From positions 13,537-77,536 of the IMG/VR virus record IMGVR_UViG_3300036823_000160: 64,000 nt of DNA; one strand, written 5' to 3'. Position numbers and translations under genes: made by a program. The stretch comes from a virus. Below the pieces are notes generated by a model. The model was not told the DNA's origin and searched no databases. It saw nothing but the letters and a program-made list of their open reading frames with translations. This document shows, one piece after another, positions 63,151-64,000 of the stretch (positions are counted from its first letter, which is position 1; each line of letters opens with the position of its first letter).

Positions 63151-63247
63151 CTCGAAGTCACGGGACTCGCGCCCGGCTCGCATACCGATTTCCCGTTATG
63201 ATCAGGACGGTACTCCGAACATGCTAGCGGCTAATGCCGCACTTCGA
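63151..63247 (-). ncRNA. tRNA-like RNA with CAT loop and elongated anticodon arm
   Basis: Acceptor TCGAAGT/ACTTCGA, TCCTG-ATCATAA-CGGGA, T-like arm CGGG-CGCGAGT-CCCG. Confidence 0.6.
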
Positions 63248-63249
63248 CG

Positions 63250-63321
63250 CGCCACCGACGGGACTCGCACCCGTCTCACCCCGTAGACAGCGGGGCCGCG
63301 ACACTCGTCGCGTCCAGTGGC
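63250..63321 (-). tRNA. tRNA-Asp(GTC)
   Basis: CCCCG-CTGTCTA-CGGGG, G73. Confidence 0.8.
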
Positions 63322-63354
63322 ATTGGCCCCGCGCGCCGCGCGCGCGTCAGGGCT

Positions 63355-63888
63355 TCAATCGTGCTCGAGCTCGCCGGTCCAGTACAGATACTCGCGCCAC
63401 GCCGCCGGAGCGCTGTGGCGCGAGATCCTGACCATGACCGCCGGCGCGGTCGTGGGCTGCGTCGGCCTCTTGAGTAGCCGCATCCCGGCCTCCTCGGGCG
63501 TTCGGCACGCCTTGCGCCCGTTGCAGGTCGTGCACGCCGTCGCGATGTTCGTCCACTCGGTGCGGCCGCCCCGCGCGCGCGGCGTCACATGGTCGTACGT
63601 GAGCTCGCTCAGCTTCTTGCGCTCGCCGCAGTATTGGCAGCGGTAGTGGTCGCGTGCGTAGATGTTCACGCGCGAGAACTTCACGGGCTTCTTGTCGCGC
63701 CGGAACATCGAGACCAGCCGTACGACCGCGGGCACCTTCATGACCACGTACGTCGAGCGAACCTCGCGGTCGTACTCTTCGACGATCTCCACCTTGCCCT
63801 CACACCATAGCGTGATCGCGCGTGTCCACGGCACGACATCGCACGGCCTGTAGGCGGGATCGAGAACGAGTGTTTGGTGGTCCTCCAT
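63355..63888 (-). CDS. HNH endonuclease (McrA-like) inside tRNA array
   Basis: TLVLD..YRP, FSR.NIYARD...CQYCG, TYDHV.PR..GG...W.N....C..CN..K. Confidence 0.92.
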   Translation of the reverse strand: MEDHQTLVLDPAYRPCDVVPWTRAITLWCEGKVEIVEEYDREVRSTYVVMKVPAVVRLVSMFRRDKKPVKFSRVNIYARDHYRCQYCGERKKLSELTYDHVTPRARGGRTEWTNIATACTTCNGRKACRTPEEAGMRLLKRPTQPTTAPAVMVRISRHSAPAAWREYLYWTGELEHD

Positions 63889-63926
63889 GGCGCGGTCTCC
63901 TGCTGTTCGGGGGTTAGCACGCGTCG

Positions 63927-63998
63927 GGTGACAGACGAGAATCGAACTCGCCTCTACGTGGTCCACAACCACGCGCCTTCACCAGAAGGACCGTCACC
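63927..63998 (-). tRNA. tRNA-His(GTG)
   Basis: CGTGG-TTGTGGA-CCACG, G-1:C73 pair. Confidence 0.85.
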
Positions 63999-64000
63999 AT

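Overview
This window is part of a GC-rich tailed phage (myovirus) genome. The host is probably a myxobacterium, inferred from the lipoprotein styles and sigma54-type boxes. The + arm (about 0.1-35.3 kb) carries replication, modification and accessory genes: three DNA methyltransferases, primase-VapE helicase, Cas4-like nuclease, SF2 helicase, a family A DNA polymerase split in two by an inserted Cys-rich gene, an Acb2/Tad1-like protein, glycosyltransferase plus cupin, oligoribonuclease and RuvC. The - arm (35.3-64 kb) carries an ECF sigma factor with a long N-terminal extension, a GH25 endolysin, nucleotide hydrolases, baseplate/tail/head genes, and a tRNA array interrupted by an HNH gene. Terminase and portal are not in the window. 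The strongest hidden structure is a bipartite motif, GAAAGC-N15/16-GGGTTC, found 18 times and always sense to the next gene. Fifteen copies lie 7-11 nt from a start codon, suggesting a phage ECF-sigma regulon of near-leaderless transcripts. A second regulatory layer (TGACCAGTGA boxes plus sigma54-type boxes) marks the sigma gene and structural genes. Also notable are non-canonical tRNAs and a frameshifted tail-tube-like ORF in the early region. All product calls come from motif recognition by eye; no database searches were run.
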